From positions 10,060 through 74,059 of the forward strand of contig CDMY01000453.1 of the NCBI GenBank assembly GCA_001179505.1: a stretch of 64,000 nt of DNA, written 5' to 3'. Below are positions 33,830-45,438 of this stretch, one piece after another (position 1 is the stretch's first letter; each line of letters opens with the position of its first letter). Under the pieces are notes generated by a model that had not been told where the DNA came from, searched no databases, and saw nothing but the letters and a program-made list of their open reading frames with translations. A program made the translations under genes and the position numbers. The stretch comes from Vitrella brassicaformis CCMP3155. Taxonomy: Eukaryota > Protista > Chromerida.

Positions 33830-36468
33830 ATGAATTTTGATGTGAGGATGATGGAGAGTCAGCGTGCTCACGAAGATGCTGCAGGAGAATCGGATTTTGA
33901 TTTTGACAGTCAGGTGTGCTTTATCAGCGGCATCCCGCTCTTCTTCACCATCTCCCACCTCCGCAGCTTCTTCCGCCACTTCACAGAGGTCTCCCGCTTC
34001 GCTTTGTTCCACTTCTGTGGCCGTCGGGTTCGGCTCAATCGCAGCGGAGTCACCGAAGTGCCGTCGTGCGGCTGTTGCTGTCTCGTCCGCCTGTCTGGTG
34101 ATTGCTCTGTGGACGACTTCATCAGCCACTATCACGGCGTCCAGTGGAGCGAGGCGCTGCCCCACCTCACCGAGAGAATCGGCTGCTACACGTCGTGCCG
34201 CGTCACTCGGCTGAAGCGAGTGTCTGGACCAGGTGATACGTCTGCGGCGCGGCCGTGCTACCTGACTAACAGAGAGCGGCGAGAGAGAGCCGAGGCGTCA
34301 GGCGGAGCGGCCGAGTGCTGGGAGCCGGCTGATGAGGGGACTAGTCTGTGTGAGGAGGGTGTGAAGGGGCGGGAGGGAGCCGTGATGCGGCCGAGCAGCG
34401 ATTGGGTGGAGATGCACCCGCCGTATGGGCTGCCGCAGGGCAATGTGGGCACGCCGGAAACAGACCTCCTGCAGCAAGTCAACCAGGGGTGCGCACATGG
34501 CACTCTCGCATTGATGGAACGATTGATTGATGCGTCACTGTTTTGCGGGCGTGTGTGTGTGTCAGGTTGCTGCCACCCCGCCTGCTGTCCCACTTCGGCC
34601 TCTCCCTCTCTCACCTGACGGCCTATCGCCACCCCAGGCACACAGAGATCCCCCCGCCACCGTCCCTCATCCCACGCCAGCAGCAGCAGCAGCGGCCAGC
34701 CCCCGCCAGCAGTAACGACTCAGCGGCCGCCACCGGTGGTCGGACCAGCAAGGGCAAGAGAGCCCTCTCGGATGGGGCTGAGCGGCCTGACCATGGCTCG
34801 CTTTTTCGGCCACTCAAGCGGGCCAAGAATGAGCTGCGTCTGCGTGACAGCGAGGCCCAGAGACGTCGCGAGAAGGGAGCTGAGGGTGCAGAGGGCGTCG
34901 TGCGGCGGGGTGCGAAGGACAAAGGGGCCGTCAGAGGGACCTTTGTGGAGCGGTGGCGGGAGCAGCAGAGGCGAGCCGAGGCAACACGGCGGAGGAAGGC
35001 ACGGCAGCAGGCAAAAGGTGAGATGAAGATCAGACCACCGGCTGGATCGGCATGTTATTGGATCTGCATACGTGCCTATGTGTGTTGTTTGGTGTGTGTG
35101 TTGTGTTGGGATCAGAATCGCCCGTCATCTATGAGATCGAGAAGGATTTGGCCCGCAAGGAGGGATACGACCCGGACGACGAGCCGGAAGGTATGCACAG
35201 ACACAGAGGCAGACGGCACACAGACAGACAGACTGCCGGTGATCATCTGTGTGTGTCTGTTGTGCTGTTGCGTGTCGACCAGCATGGGAGGTGACCGAGG
35301 CGGCGCTGGGCGAGCACCCCGACGTCCACTACGAGAAGAACGACCGGCTCGACAGCACCGCCGGCTATCTCTATGAGGACCAAGTCACCAACCCATGGGA
35401 CAAGCACGAGGCCAGCGGTCTCGTCCACTACACCGACGACTCGTTCTGGGACGCACAGTAAGTAACCGAACCAACATGGCATGGCGACATGCAGGCAATG
35501 CAATGGATGTGTGTGTCCATTCATCCATCCATGCATCCATCCATTCGCTCAGGGCGGGTGGCTTCGACGAGCGCACTGCCGACGACCTTGACGTCACGTG
35601 GGAAGAGGCCGAGGATCAGCCGCAGTGGCACTCGAGACAAAGGAGGAGGCGGTCGCGGCGCGGCAACAAGGGTGACGGTGAGGACATGACCTTCACCGAC
35701 CCACACGTGCAGCAATTATACGGAGGTACCTCTGCGCAGACACACGTCATGAGTCCATGCACACCATCTCTTTCTCTGCATTGATGCGTGCATGCAGGTC
35801 CCCAGAGCGTGTTCCGTCTGCTCGACCAGTGCGGCTTCGAGCGCTCTGTCCGTCAAGGCGTCGCCGGCCGGCTGCTCCACAAATGGGGCTGGCGTGACGG
35901 CTATGGCCTCGGCCGTGATGCGCCGCCCCTGCCAGCGTCTGACGACGCTCCCCCCTCACCCACCCGGCAGCACAACGTCCGGCGCTTCGCTTTGGCGCCT
36001 GGTGGTGCGGCCGCTGGCCGATCATCGCGCGTCTATGAGGAGGTCGTTGAGGGGCTGCCGGTCAGTTCGGGCCAGCGTGGCCTGGGGCACATCGGTGCGA
36101 TGGAGACCCTGAGTGAGCGCACAGAGGGGGCCACGGCTGCCACTGTGTATGGGGGAGCCGGCGGCAATCTGAAGGAGAAAGGGAGAGACACAAGACGGCG
36201 GCGTGAGCGGCAGCCCCACCACCAGCAGCGCCATCACGATCCGGGCTACATGGCGTCGTTTGCCTTGCCGAGGGACGGCAGCAGCGGCTGTGGGGGCATG
36301 TACAGAGTGCCGTCGATCGCATTTGTGTCGAGCCGGCGGCCGTACTCGTCGCGGCCGCCTGATCTGCCTGTGGAAAGGACTGTGGGTGATGACGGTGCTT
36401 GGGGTCTTGGTGGTGGTATTGGGGTAGAGAGGCTGCGAGCACTGGTGGACCCAGAGTGGGAGGGATGA
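33830..36468 (+). CDS. GPATCH3: G-patch domain-containing protein 3 orthologue (multi-exon)
   Basis: Family motifs EMHPPYGLPQGNVGTP, WDKHEASGLVHYTDDSFWDAQ/AGGFDERTADDLDV, and G-patch GFERSVRQGVAGRLLHKWGWRDGYGLG. Confidence 0.85.
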
Positions 36469-36908
36469 TGGCTGACTGGCAGTCGCCTTTCTCTCTCTGT
36501 TGCTTGGGTGTATGTCCGTTCTGGCAGACTGCCACACACGCATAGAATGGTATCGACTGTCCTGCTGGGGGTCCTCTCATCAACTCGTGCATCGTGTCCT
36601 CCTGCTCACCCCCTGGTCGATGGGGTGTGAGCAGGTCGGCACGCTGGACGACTCACATGAGAGCCAACAGCCGGACAGACAGATGAGATTTGGGTGGCAG
36701 GTATGGCTTCCCCTGCTTTGTGTGTGTCGTATCGAGCTTGTTGTCGATATCCTCGGTGGATGGATGGGACGACGAGTGTCTCATGTAAGATGAGCTGACA
36801 CCTTCACCCCCCACGGACAGCTCGAGTTCACGGGCGTGTTATATCGTATTAGTCCATGCAGCAATAGATTGAAAGTGACTGACACAATATAAAATGTAGG
36901 CACCGATG

Positions 36909-37838
36909 TCATGATGTCACCTCCCCGGTGCCACGCCTGTGCTTCCTCACGAAGTCCTGCAGCATCTCCACGGCCTCTCGGCCCTGCACACACAATCGAT
37001 TCGACCGACAACAGAGACACACACACAGACACACAGGCAGATGCATGTGTGGTGTGGTGTTGCTGCTTTGTGTGCGTTATCTGGCATCAACACATACACA
37101 CATCCACACTGACTGAGCCACTCAGTCGTCCTTGTCCTCCTCGAAGAGCTTGCGCTTCCGTCGGGCACGCCTCCGCCGCCTGCGAGCCGCCTTGTCGGCC
37201 GCCAGCTGGGTCTTGAGGGGGTCCTTCTGAAGCAGCGGCCGGGTGCCGCCGCGCCTGCAGTTCCTGACGAAGTCTCGGAGCATCCCAACGGCCTCGCGAC
37301 CCTGCACACACAGTTGATTCAAACGACAACATACACACACACAGACACACAGAGACAGGTACACGGATGTGTGGTGTCTTCGGTGCATTCATTGTATGTG
37401 CCGCCCTTTGTTGGGGTGTGTGTGTGTGTGTGTTGTCTGCCTGCCTGCACTGCCCGAACTCACATGATTCGCTACATCCATCCATCCATCCATACAGACA
37501 GACAGACAGACAGACATCTGTACACCCACCCTTTGGCGGTCGAGGGCGGCTTCGGCGTCATCGTCAGAGGACGAGTGGTGGGAGTCGCTTGAGTGGCAGT
37601 CCTCCTGACTCGAACCAGAGGGTGGTGGGGCTGCCGCAAGTTGAGCGGCCTTTCGCTTGCCCAGCTGCGCGCCCGGCGGGCGGCCGCCGGGCTGCTCCTG
37701 GTCCCTCCCAGCCCCCTCGTCCGTCTTGCCGCTACAGTTCTTCTTGTCCTTCTCCTTCTCCTTTTTGGCCAGCAGGTCCGCCCAAAACTCCATGGCGTCT
37801 TGGTCGTCAAACTCGCCATTGTCGTTGACCGCCGCCAT
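36909..37838 (-). CDS. Small charged (probably nuclear) protein with two paralogous alternative terminal exons (37301-37122 and 36983-36909)
   Basis: Exon 1 MAAVNDNGEFDDQDAMEFWADLLAKKEKEK...AALDRQR. Two downstream exons each follow a tgtgtgcag acceptor: GREAVGMLRDFVRNCRRGG...RRKRKLFEEDKDD* and GREAVEMLQDFVRKHRRGTGEVTS*. Confidence 0.6.
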
Positions 37839-37906
37839 GGAGGGGATGGCTTCGGTGAATGCAATGGGTGGACAGCAGCAGATCGATCAGATCTATGCGC
37901 CCTCGG

Positions 37907-40900
37907 TCAGCTGAGCGTGGTGGTGGTTGATGGGATCACGGCTGCGGCCAGCTGTGCTGATGCGGTCTGATCTTGGTGGTCAAGATCTATCCCCGTAGGG
38001 AGGTGCGGGCCGGGGAGGGCGGGGAGCGGCTGGCAAGAATGGGGCGGGGATGTTCGGGGCCACCGACCAACCAATGAATACGTACCTGCAGCAGGCCACA
38101 CAGCACAGCACACAGCACACCTCACACCTGAGATGGATGGATGGATGGATGAATGCCATGCATATACCGGACAGCTAGAGATCCATACGTAGATGCATCC
38201 GTCTCCCGGCCTCTCATACATACCTTTGAGATTTGACCCATTGGCGTTCGACCCATTGGCATTGAGATCCGTGGCCGTGTCAGACAGGTGGGCTCGTGAC
38301 ACCAAGACGATGACGTTGAGTGCAGATGCGCCGAACAGGGCGGCTGCTTGCCACGGCGACATTTCGGGCTCGATGAGGGCATAGATGAGGAGACCGACAG
38401 CGATAATGTACTGAAACACACAACGACAAACCAACCACATTGACCGGCTAGACACACCGTGGTCACGACTGAGTCTGCCTCCTTACCTGTGCAGAGTCGG
38501 GCTCTCCGAGTTTGTCGAGGAGAAGCCTCTTTCCGCCTGATAAACTACAACAATGTGTTAACAGACGGGTGCCGGCAGAAGGAGGGGTGACTGCGACTCG
38601 TAAGTAACTCGACCCACCGGTGCTGCAATGTTCAGTTCAATGTAGCTCTTACACGCGGCGTCATACACGCCACCTCTCGAGTTCGATTTGCATGACGCCC
38701 TCGGGGCGCCATCCTGCTTGACCACTGCACGCACACACGCACACACACACACACACACACGTGTGATGGTGTGTGTGTGTCTGTGTGTGTGTGCGGCGCC
38801 GACCTCTCTGCTGGGTCTTCCTGGTGAGTTTGAGGTTGGTGAAGAAGGCCACACCGGTGTGGTCATTGCTCCCGCTGAGGAGCACCTCACTCGAAGATGT
38901 GTAGGGGTTGTCTGTCTTGCTCGCTTGTCACACCACCGCCTCCGCCGACAGCAGGGCCCGAGACACGACAAGGCCTTTCGGGCTCCACGGGGTCCATCTG
39001 CAAAGAAAAACACATACTACGCGTGTGCACAGATGCATCCATTGCAGTGTTCGCAGATGCATCCACTCACGTGCGTTCACACCATTAGCAGCTCAATGGT
39101 CCTGAATGAAGTCTCGCCACCTGCGTCTTCGGGTTCTCTATGCCTGAGACACACATACAATGTGCACGTGTGTCTGCGTGTGTTGTGTACGCTGATTCTC
39201 AGATTTGTGGTCGCCCCTGAGGTTGGCCAGAAGATCGTGTTAGTGCTTCTTGATGCTGTCCATCATGGCCTTCTGCTCAGATGCCATTCTGCGCGCACAC
39301 ATAATACACACACACGTGTGTGGTGACGGTAGCTTAAGGGTGGCGCTTTTCCTCTTCGTGTGCCGTGACGTTGGCCCGCCACGGCGGGTTCATGAACATC
39401 TCTTCTGAACAGCGACTGGCTCTTCTGCTGGTGAAAAAACCTGCATGCAATCACGTGCGGACCACATCATGATTGACTGAATTGTCCAGCCAGAAAAACG
39501 CTGCTGAGAGCCGAAACCTTCGCCGAAATCCTCGAACTTGACTTTGATCACAAATGGAATGCCAATCGGCTGTACCTATCAATCAGCAAACAGCACAGAG
39601 GCAGGTTGTGGTGTGATGTGGTGTGCACTGGCCGTTGCTTTGGACGTACCGTGTGCATGCGTCGAGGCGTGTGTTGAATATGACGGTGCTGAACGAAAAC
39701 CCTCCCGCTTCACCACCTCGTAGACCTCCATCGCGAGATCAACCTGCACAGTGATACAACGGCGCATTGCACCACACAGAGCGGCGTCCGTGGAGTGCAT
39801 GCATTCCATGTGTCTCTCTGTCCCACCTGAGCGCCTTTCGCCAGGGCTATCACCAGCGTGGCGTAGACCTCGCCCTTCTCCTGCTTGCACTTTGGCCGAC
39901 TCGCCTGCTCACTGGCGGCGAGCGGCTGCTCCAGGAACGAGTGCTTTATAAGGTCCTGGAAGATCCTGTAGGCCGCTGTGAGGTCATTGTGTTGAATGGC
40001 TTCGACAAGGCGGCCGTATGCGGGGGAAGGTGGCTGGTATCGCCCTTGATGAATGTCGACAGAGAGTCGAGGTCGACTTTGGCCTGCACGACCAACGTAA
40101 CGGCCTGCAGGCATTTTACCGACCGCAAGCCAAATGTGTATGCGGCAATATCGTGATGACTCTTTGTGAGTTTTGCGTACGTGGCGTCAGACACGACCCC
40201 TGGCACCCATTGCCTACTCGATCGCAGAGAATAATCGCAGAGAATATCGCAGAGAATATCGCAGAGAGTATCGCAGCCAGCACAGCAGCGCCAAACAGAA
40301 GTCCGGGGCACACAGTCGCTTCTGAAACAAGAAGAAGACAACTCAACAGCAGCCCGAGAAGGAGGGAGGGTGACTTACTGCAGCTTCATCGTAACGGATC
40401 ATCATCTGTCTCTCCACCATGATCACCTGAGCCCCTAGGTGGAGCCGGTCGACCACCCTAGCTGTACAGCACACAAACTCAGATACCGTCATTCCTCAAT
40501 ACCAAGATCCGAGAGGAACATCTGGTATTCCTTTTTCTGATCCTGGAGACGATGCCTGTAGAAGACACGATGTTGACTCCTTTCCCTTGCCTCTTCCCTT
40601 ATGTGTCCTGGGCCTACGGTGACAGAGGAAGCCGGCGATATAGTGTACGATGACGTCGGACAGTCGAATGAATGTCCCTCTCGCACCATGTAGCCGAACA
40701 CCAGCGCCCCGATGAGCATCACAACGCATAAGAGAACAGTCGACGTATTCTACATGGAGAACACCACAGGCGAGAGCCAAAGATGGGCTGCAAAGATGGA
40801 CTGTGGCTCATCAACTTTCTTCCCATCAACCTACCTTGGCGCCGTTTGTCCATCGATGGGGCACCCAAGACATGAGGCTTGGCTTGGCCTCTTCGAACTT

Positions 40901-41320
40901 GACTTTGATCACAGATGGAATGCCCAGGCGGCCAGCATTTCCCATGGCGTGTCGCCCACACATACGACACACTCCTTGGTCATATGGCCTGGGCGGCGGT
41001 CAAACTCCTCTACAAGGGTCAGGGTCTGAAGGGTGAGAGGCCAAGATACTGCTGGCGGAATGTTTTCTATCCCCCTCGTGTGTGTGTACCTTGCAGACCT
41101 CTCCCGGAACCGCTTGACTATCAACCTCGCGACGCTCCGCTCTCTCCCTCGCCGTGCAGATGGGCTTGGGTAGACACCGTGTGAACGAGATGCCCGGCGT
41201 GCGAAAGCTGTCGGTGTTGAAGGAGGACAGCTCAGAAGTGGCACAGAGGCTGCTGACAGCTCACAGGGCGCCGAAAGCACTGCTGATGGGACAAAAACCG
41301 CCAAAAAGCCAAAACATCAT
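37907..41320 (-). CDS. Pentatricopeptide-repeat (PPR)-containing protein, multi-exon; boundaries uncertain
   Basis: Spliced VYATLVIALAKGAQ/VDLAMEVYEVVKREG (39868-39699) is a canonical PPR helix pair. PAYGRLVEAIQHNDLTAAYRIFQDL (~40026-39945) is a second PPR-like unit. Flanking minus-strand exons with GT-AG sites extend from about 41320 to 37907, but I could not verify all joins. Confidence 0.6.
40221..40276. repeat. Minisatellite, ~4.5 copies of ATCGCAGAGA(A/G)T
   Basis: atcgcagagaat-a-atcgcagagaat-atcgcagagaat-atcgcagagagt-atcgcag, read directly. Confidence 0.9.
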
Positions 41321-42030
41321 TAAAGAATATTGGCCGTCTCGGCTGGCAAGCGAATTCTCGCCAATGAAGCTCGCCTTTTTGCCTATGCCTTTGAACCTCT
41401 TATGCCATGATTTCATGGTTTGATGTTCCGCATCGGATTGCATTGAGGCGGCTGCGTGCACATCCGATGAGGAGTAGAAAGGTGAGGGCCATGTAACTCT
41501 GCCGCGCCGGACACCCAGAGTGCGAAGACCATCGTCTTTCTTACCTCCCTGTCCAGTGTTGCTTTTTGTGGCCTCCATTCGGCTCCTCGGGCGACCAGTG
41601 TCAGCCGCGGAGCCAAAGCAGCTTGTAGAAGCTTACAGAGCAAACAGCGAGAGGAGATCTCGGCGTGTGCTCGCAAGAGAAGACCTGCAGGCAAGACAAC
41701 AGCCTCAGCAATCGTCCCGTTGCTTCGCTGCTGCGGGCTCAACTTTTCCCTTCGCACGTCGGTCGTATTTCAGTGCTTTGAGGGAAAGAGGGCAACCGAT
41801 GAACGGTCTCGGGAGCCCCCGAGCAGAGGTGGGTGGCAATTGGTGGGTGGCAATTGATCTTCTCCCAACCAATCACTCTTTCGCCAGATCATCTAAGTGT
41901 TTGCTTGTCGTTTGCTCGTTCAGGGGAGGAAGCGAGGGCGGTCGAGGAAGGGCATCACGACGGCAAACCGCAGGTACGGTGCACGGATTCATGTGGCACC
42001 ACTTTGATTGGCGTATCACTGTTGGTTCAA

Positions 42031-43261
42031 ATGAACGGGATGGGGACGGCCTTCATATCCGGACAGCTATCGACTGATGCTGGGCTGACTGATGACACAT
42101 TTGCAGCTGCTCTCCAGGTACACAAGAAATCTTCCCTGTCGGCCTCACATCGGGTGTGTGTGTGTGTGTGTGTGCAGCCAATGGGGTGGCCGCATTTTTC
42201 ACCCAAGCACGCGGCTGCCTTCGGCATGGTTGGCACTGACGCGGCGCCTTTCGGTCATTCATTGTGCGCCGAAGGATCTACAGCCTCACGTCATCGCACA
42301 GGTCCACTCCCACCCTCTCTGACCCGTCAATCGGACTCACAGGTGAAATGACTGCACCCAAGCAAGAAACACGCCCATATGTCCGTCTTTTCTGTCTGTG
42401 TATTCACCTCCAGATGCGCACAAAGAATGCAGTCGAGGTGACGATCGGCGAGCGGCTCCAGCTGGTGGACGAGTTTGAGAGCCGCAAGCGAGACGGAGAA
42501 GCCATTTCGATGCTTCAGTTCGCCAAGGAGAAGGGCATCACCCCGCCGACCAGATTCAAGCAGTGGTGCATTGACATCAAGAAGCAGACGGCGGCCGGCA
42601 AGCAAATCGTCGATCCGACCAAAAAGCGCAACAGACAGCCCAAGTACCAGCCGATCGAGGACGCGATGTGGCAGTGGATGGCCAGCCGTGGTGACCCAAT
42701 GAAAGTCCCCCCGAAGGACATCAGGGCCAAGGCGATTGAGATCGCCAGTCGGTTGGGCATCACTGGCTTCTCGGCGAGCGATTCGTGGACTAAGGCCTTC
42801 AGGAAGCGGTGCCAACAGGTCAGGAAAAGACAACAAGTGAAGTAAGAGATTCACTCTTTATCGATCCATGCCTGTTTCTCAGATTCGTTTGCCGTCCTCT
42901 GAGGCGCCTGTGTCGGCTGCAGCTGCACGTCCCCCTTCCCCAATGCAGCCGCCCCACCCCCATCCCCCACCCAGGCCCCTCATCCACCAGTCGGAAGCAG
43001 CTCCAGCTGCCGCTGCTGCTGATGCTGCCGCTGATGCTTACATTCGTGTGGCGGATGGGTTCCTCGGACCGATCACCAACCTCAGCCGACAGGTAACACA
43101 CTCGGCGTGCCGACACCACGGCCGACACACCAGAATTGAGAAGGCTACGAATCTTTGGTCGGCTGCAGAGCACTTGGCCGGCAGAGGATAGCGCACCTGG
43201 TGACGGCGATCGGCCGCTTGACACACAGTCGCAGCCATCAGAGCCACCGAACACCATCTGA
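42031..43261 (+). CDS. CENP-B/Tc5-type double HTH DNA-binding protein lacking a DDE transposase domain
   Basis: Exon 42414-42818: VTIGERLQLVDEF..AKEKGI..FKQW then KYQPIEDAMWQWM..VPPKDIRAKAIEIASRLGITGFSASDSWTKAFRKR (HTH_Tnp_Tc5 signature F.AS..W...F..R). It is followed only by Pro/Ala-rich exons and a stop at 43261. The start codon is uncertain. Confidence 0.82.
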
Positions 43262-44825
43262 GCGACCGAGGTGGTGGATGCGGAAGACGGTGGGTCGCCG
43301 CAAGGTCAGGAAGACAGACGGTTTCGTGATTCTGTTTTTTGCGTTTGTGCGCGCCCATGTATCAACTGGCTCTCTCTCCATATGCCCTCGTGTTCTACAT
43401 TTCACTTCATCGGTGTTTTGTTTCATCTCTCTCCGTGCACTGCTCTATCTGTGTATGTGTGTGTGTGATCCATGCCCGTGTTCCTGCCTCGGTACCTGAC
43501 GTCAGTAGATGCTCTCCTTCTCTTGCCTCCTGCCTGGATATATCCGCCGTGTTTAGGACGATAGATGCTAAGCACTACACACACAGGCGCTCTCGGGCTC
43601 CGCCTGTCTATGTCTCTTGGGTGTCGTCGGGTTGCGAGTGACCACGCCAACTTGCTCCCTGCCTGCCTGCCTGCCTCGTGTCTGTCTGTCTGTCTGTCTC
43701 TGTGTACACACCAGAGATGCAATCGTACATACGTCACTGGGCGATACCTCGTACGCTCCTTTGCGTGATTGGCTGCCTTCGTCTGTCTCGTCTTCCTGTG
43801 TGTGTGTGTGTGTGTGTCTCATAGTGCCTGGCAATGCAGAAGTGGGCTTCTTTCTCGGGCTTTCTCCGCCCCTTCACCTGCCTGCGTAGCTGCACGCGAA
43901 CAGATCTTTGCCCTTGTCTGGCCCGCACGTGTCTCGTCTCATGCGCGTGCTTATACCGACTCCACAGTTTTGCCGTCAGAAACAGGGCTTTTGAGCTCTG
44001 GTGTTTTGCCTTTAGAAAAATCACGGTGACTTAGTACACATCGGTGCGACATGATGATGCACTTGTGCTCGGCGAACTCGCCAATGCCATGACCTCCACT
44101 TGTGCTCCGCGAGTGCCATGACCTTTATCGTGCTCCTGACATGGGTAGGCTCCATTCTGTTGCCTCCTTCCTGCCGGAGCTGTCGCATGTTGCCTGTGTG
44201 GGTTACGAGCAAACATAAATGATCGTAGAAATGTACAACTTATGAGCGTATGTCTTATGAATTGCTCATGGATGGTCGGTCAGTCCCTGGTGCGTCCATC
44301 CCATGAGACAAACGCGTGACAAGGTGGGAGACTGCTCTCATTTGAGAGAGACAAAAGTGTGGTGTGGCTCACTCTCTCAAATGAGAGCAGTCTTTTGCCA
44401 TTCTCTCTAGCCTCTCCTGCTGGTGTGTTTGCTGGCTGCCTGATATGCGGTGTGCGTATCGATGATGGACATTTGAAACACATGGAGAGATACGCAAAGT
44501 AACGAATGACCCCATAAAGCTGCATCCGCCGAAAGGCGCATTGAATGGAATTCAAAGTCTCATCAGTGACATTATGTCCTCCTCACTGCATGCACTGTCC
44601 ACCTGCGTGTGTGTCCCGCCTTTGTGCACTGCCTGGGACGGTGCACAGGGACGGGTCATACACGCACACAAACACACACACACAACACGGCACCTCACTC
44701 ACCACGCATCCACCCATACACACCACACCACACCACACGTCACACACGCACACGCATGCCCAAGCCGTGGACTCTCAGACGAGACCTAGGCAGTCTTGTG
44801 GCGTCGCGGGCAGCTGAACGGATTA

Positions 44826-45080
44826 GCCGTCTGTCTGTCTGTCTCTTGCTTGATACCTTCACCACACAAAGACACGCCAATCTACATCGAAAGAGAGAGA
44901 GAAAGTGCGGCCTCTGGCGGAGGGAAAGAGGCTGTTGAAGACTCCTGACGACGGCGAGACACGATCCAGATGCAGACTGCCTGAGAAACGGAAACTCGAA
45001 TGGCGTATGGCTGTGTGTGTGCAGGTAGAGTGTGTCGTTCGGCGTGTATGGAATGATCGATAGTTCGTAAACGACACGCG
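44826..45080. repeat. Copy 1 of a diverged ~260-310-bp direct repeat
   Basis: Shares ordered blocks with 46661-46973: ttgcttgataccttcaccacacaaa, aaagacacgccaatctaca, gtgcggcctctggcg, ggcgagacac, cggaaactc, tcgaatggc, gtgtgtcgttc. Confidence 0.85.
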
Positions 45081-45438
45081 TGAGTCGGTCGTCAGGTCTT
45101 TGAGTGCACGAGTGAGTCCTTTCCCCCTCTTCACCCGCACTGTCCACTCAATCATGTGTGTGTGGTCAGTCCGCTGGCCCCACCTACACAGGAAACGATC
45201 CTATTGCCATGGAGTGGCTCTTGCCGGTTCTCATGCCGGATGCAGTGGCTCTTTAATGTTTGTTCTGACAGGCGACCATCCCCGACCACAAGATTGGAGG
45301 CACGGGCAGGCAGTCATACTCATAAACGGACCCGTCTGTGAACTTGTTGCAGCCTTTCCCCGGCTTACTGCACAGTTGTTGAACGACAAAGGGTGACACA
45401 AGCAAACAAGTATATAAGATTGAGCTGCTCAGTCAGTC

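Noticed and set aside
40221-40276. 12-bp minisatellite giving the pseudo-TM peptide AILSAIFSAIFSAII, and a CRISPR-like look of short repeats
   Set aside because: Perfect tandem units without spacers, probably intronic; not a CRISPR array. No cas genes, and the context is eukaryotic.
41520-42077. 185-aa ORF with a signal-peptide-like start (MRRPSSFLPPCPVLLFVASIRLLG)
   Set aside because: Starts at a GTG in the region between the divergent PPR and CENP-B-like genes; no domain and no support beyond hydrophobicity.
42264-42845. Intact Tc5/pogo transposon
   Set aside because: No DDE domain and no terminal inverted repeats or target-site duplications seen; recorded instead as a domesticated HTH gene.
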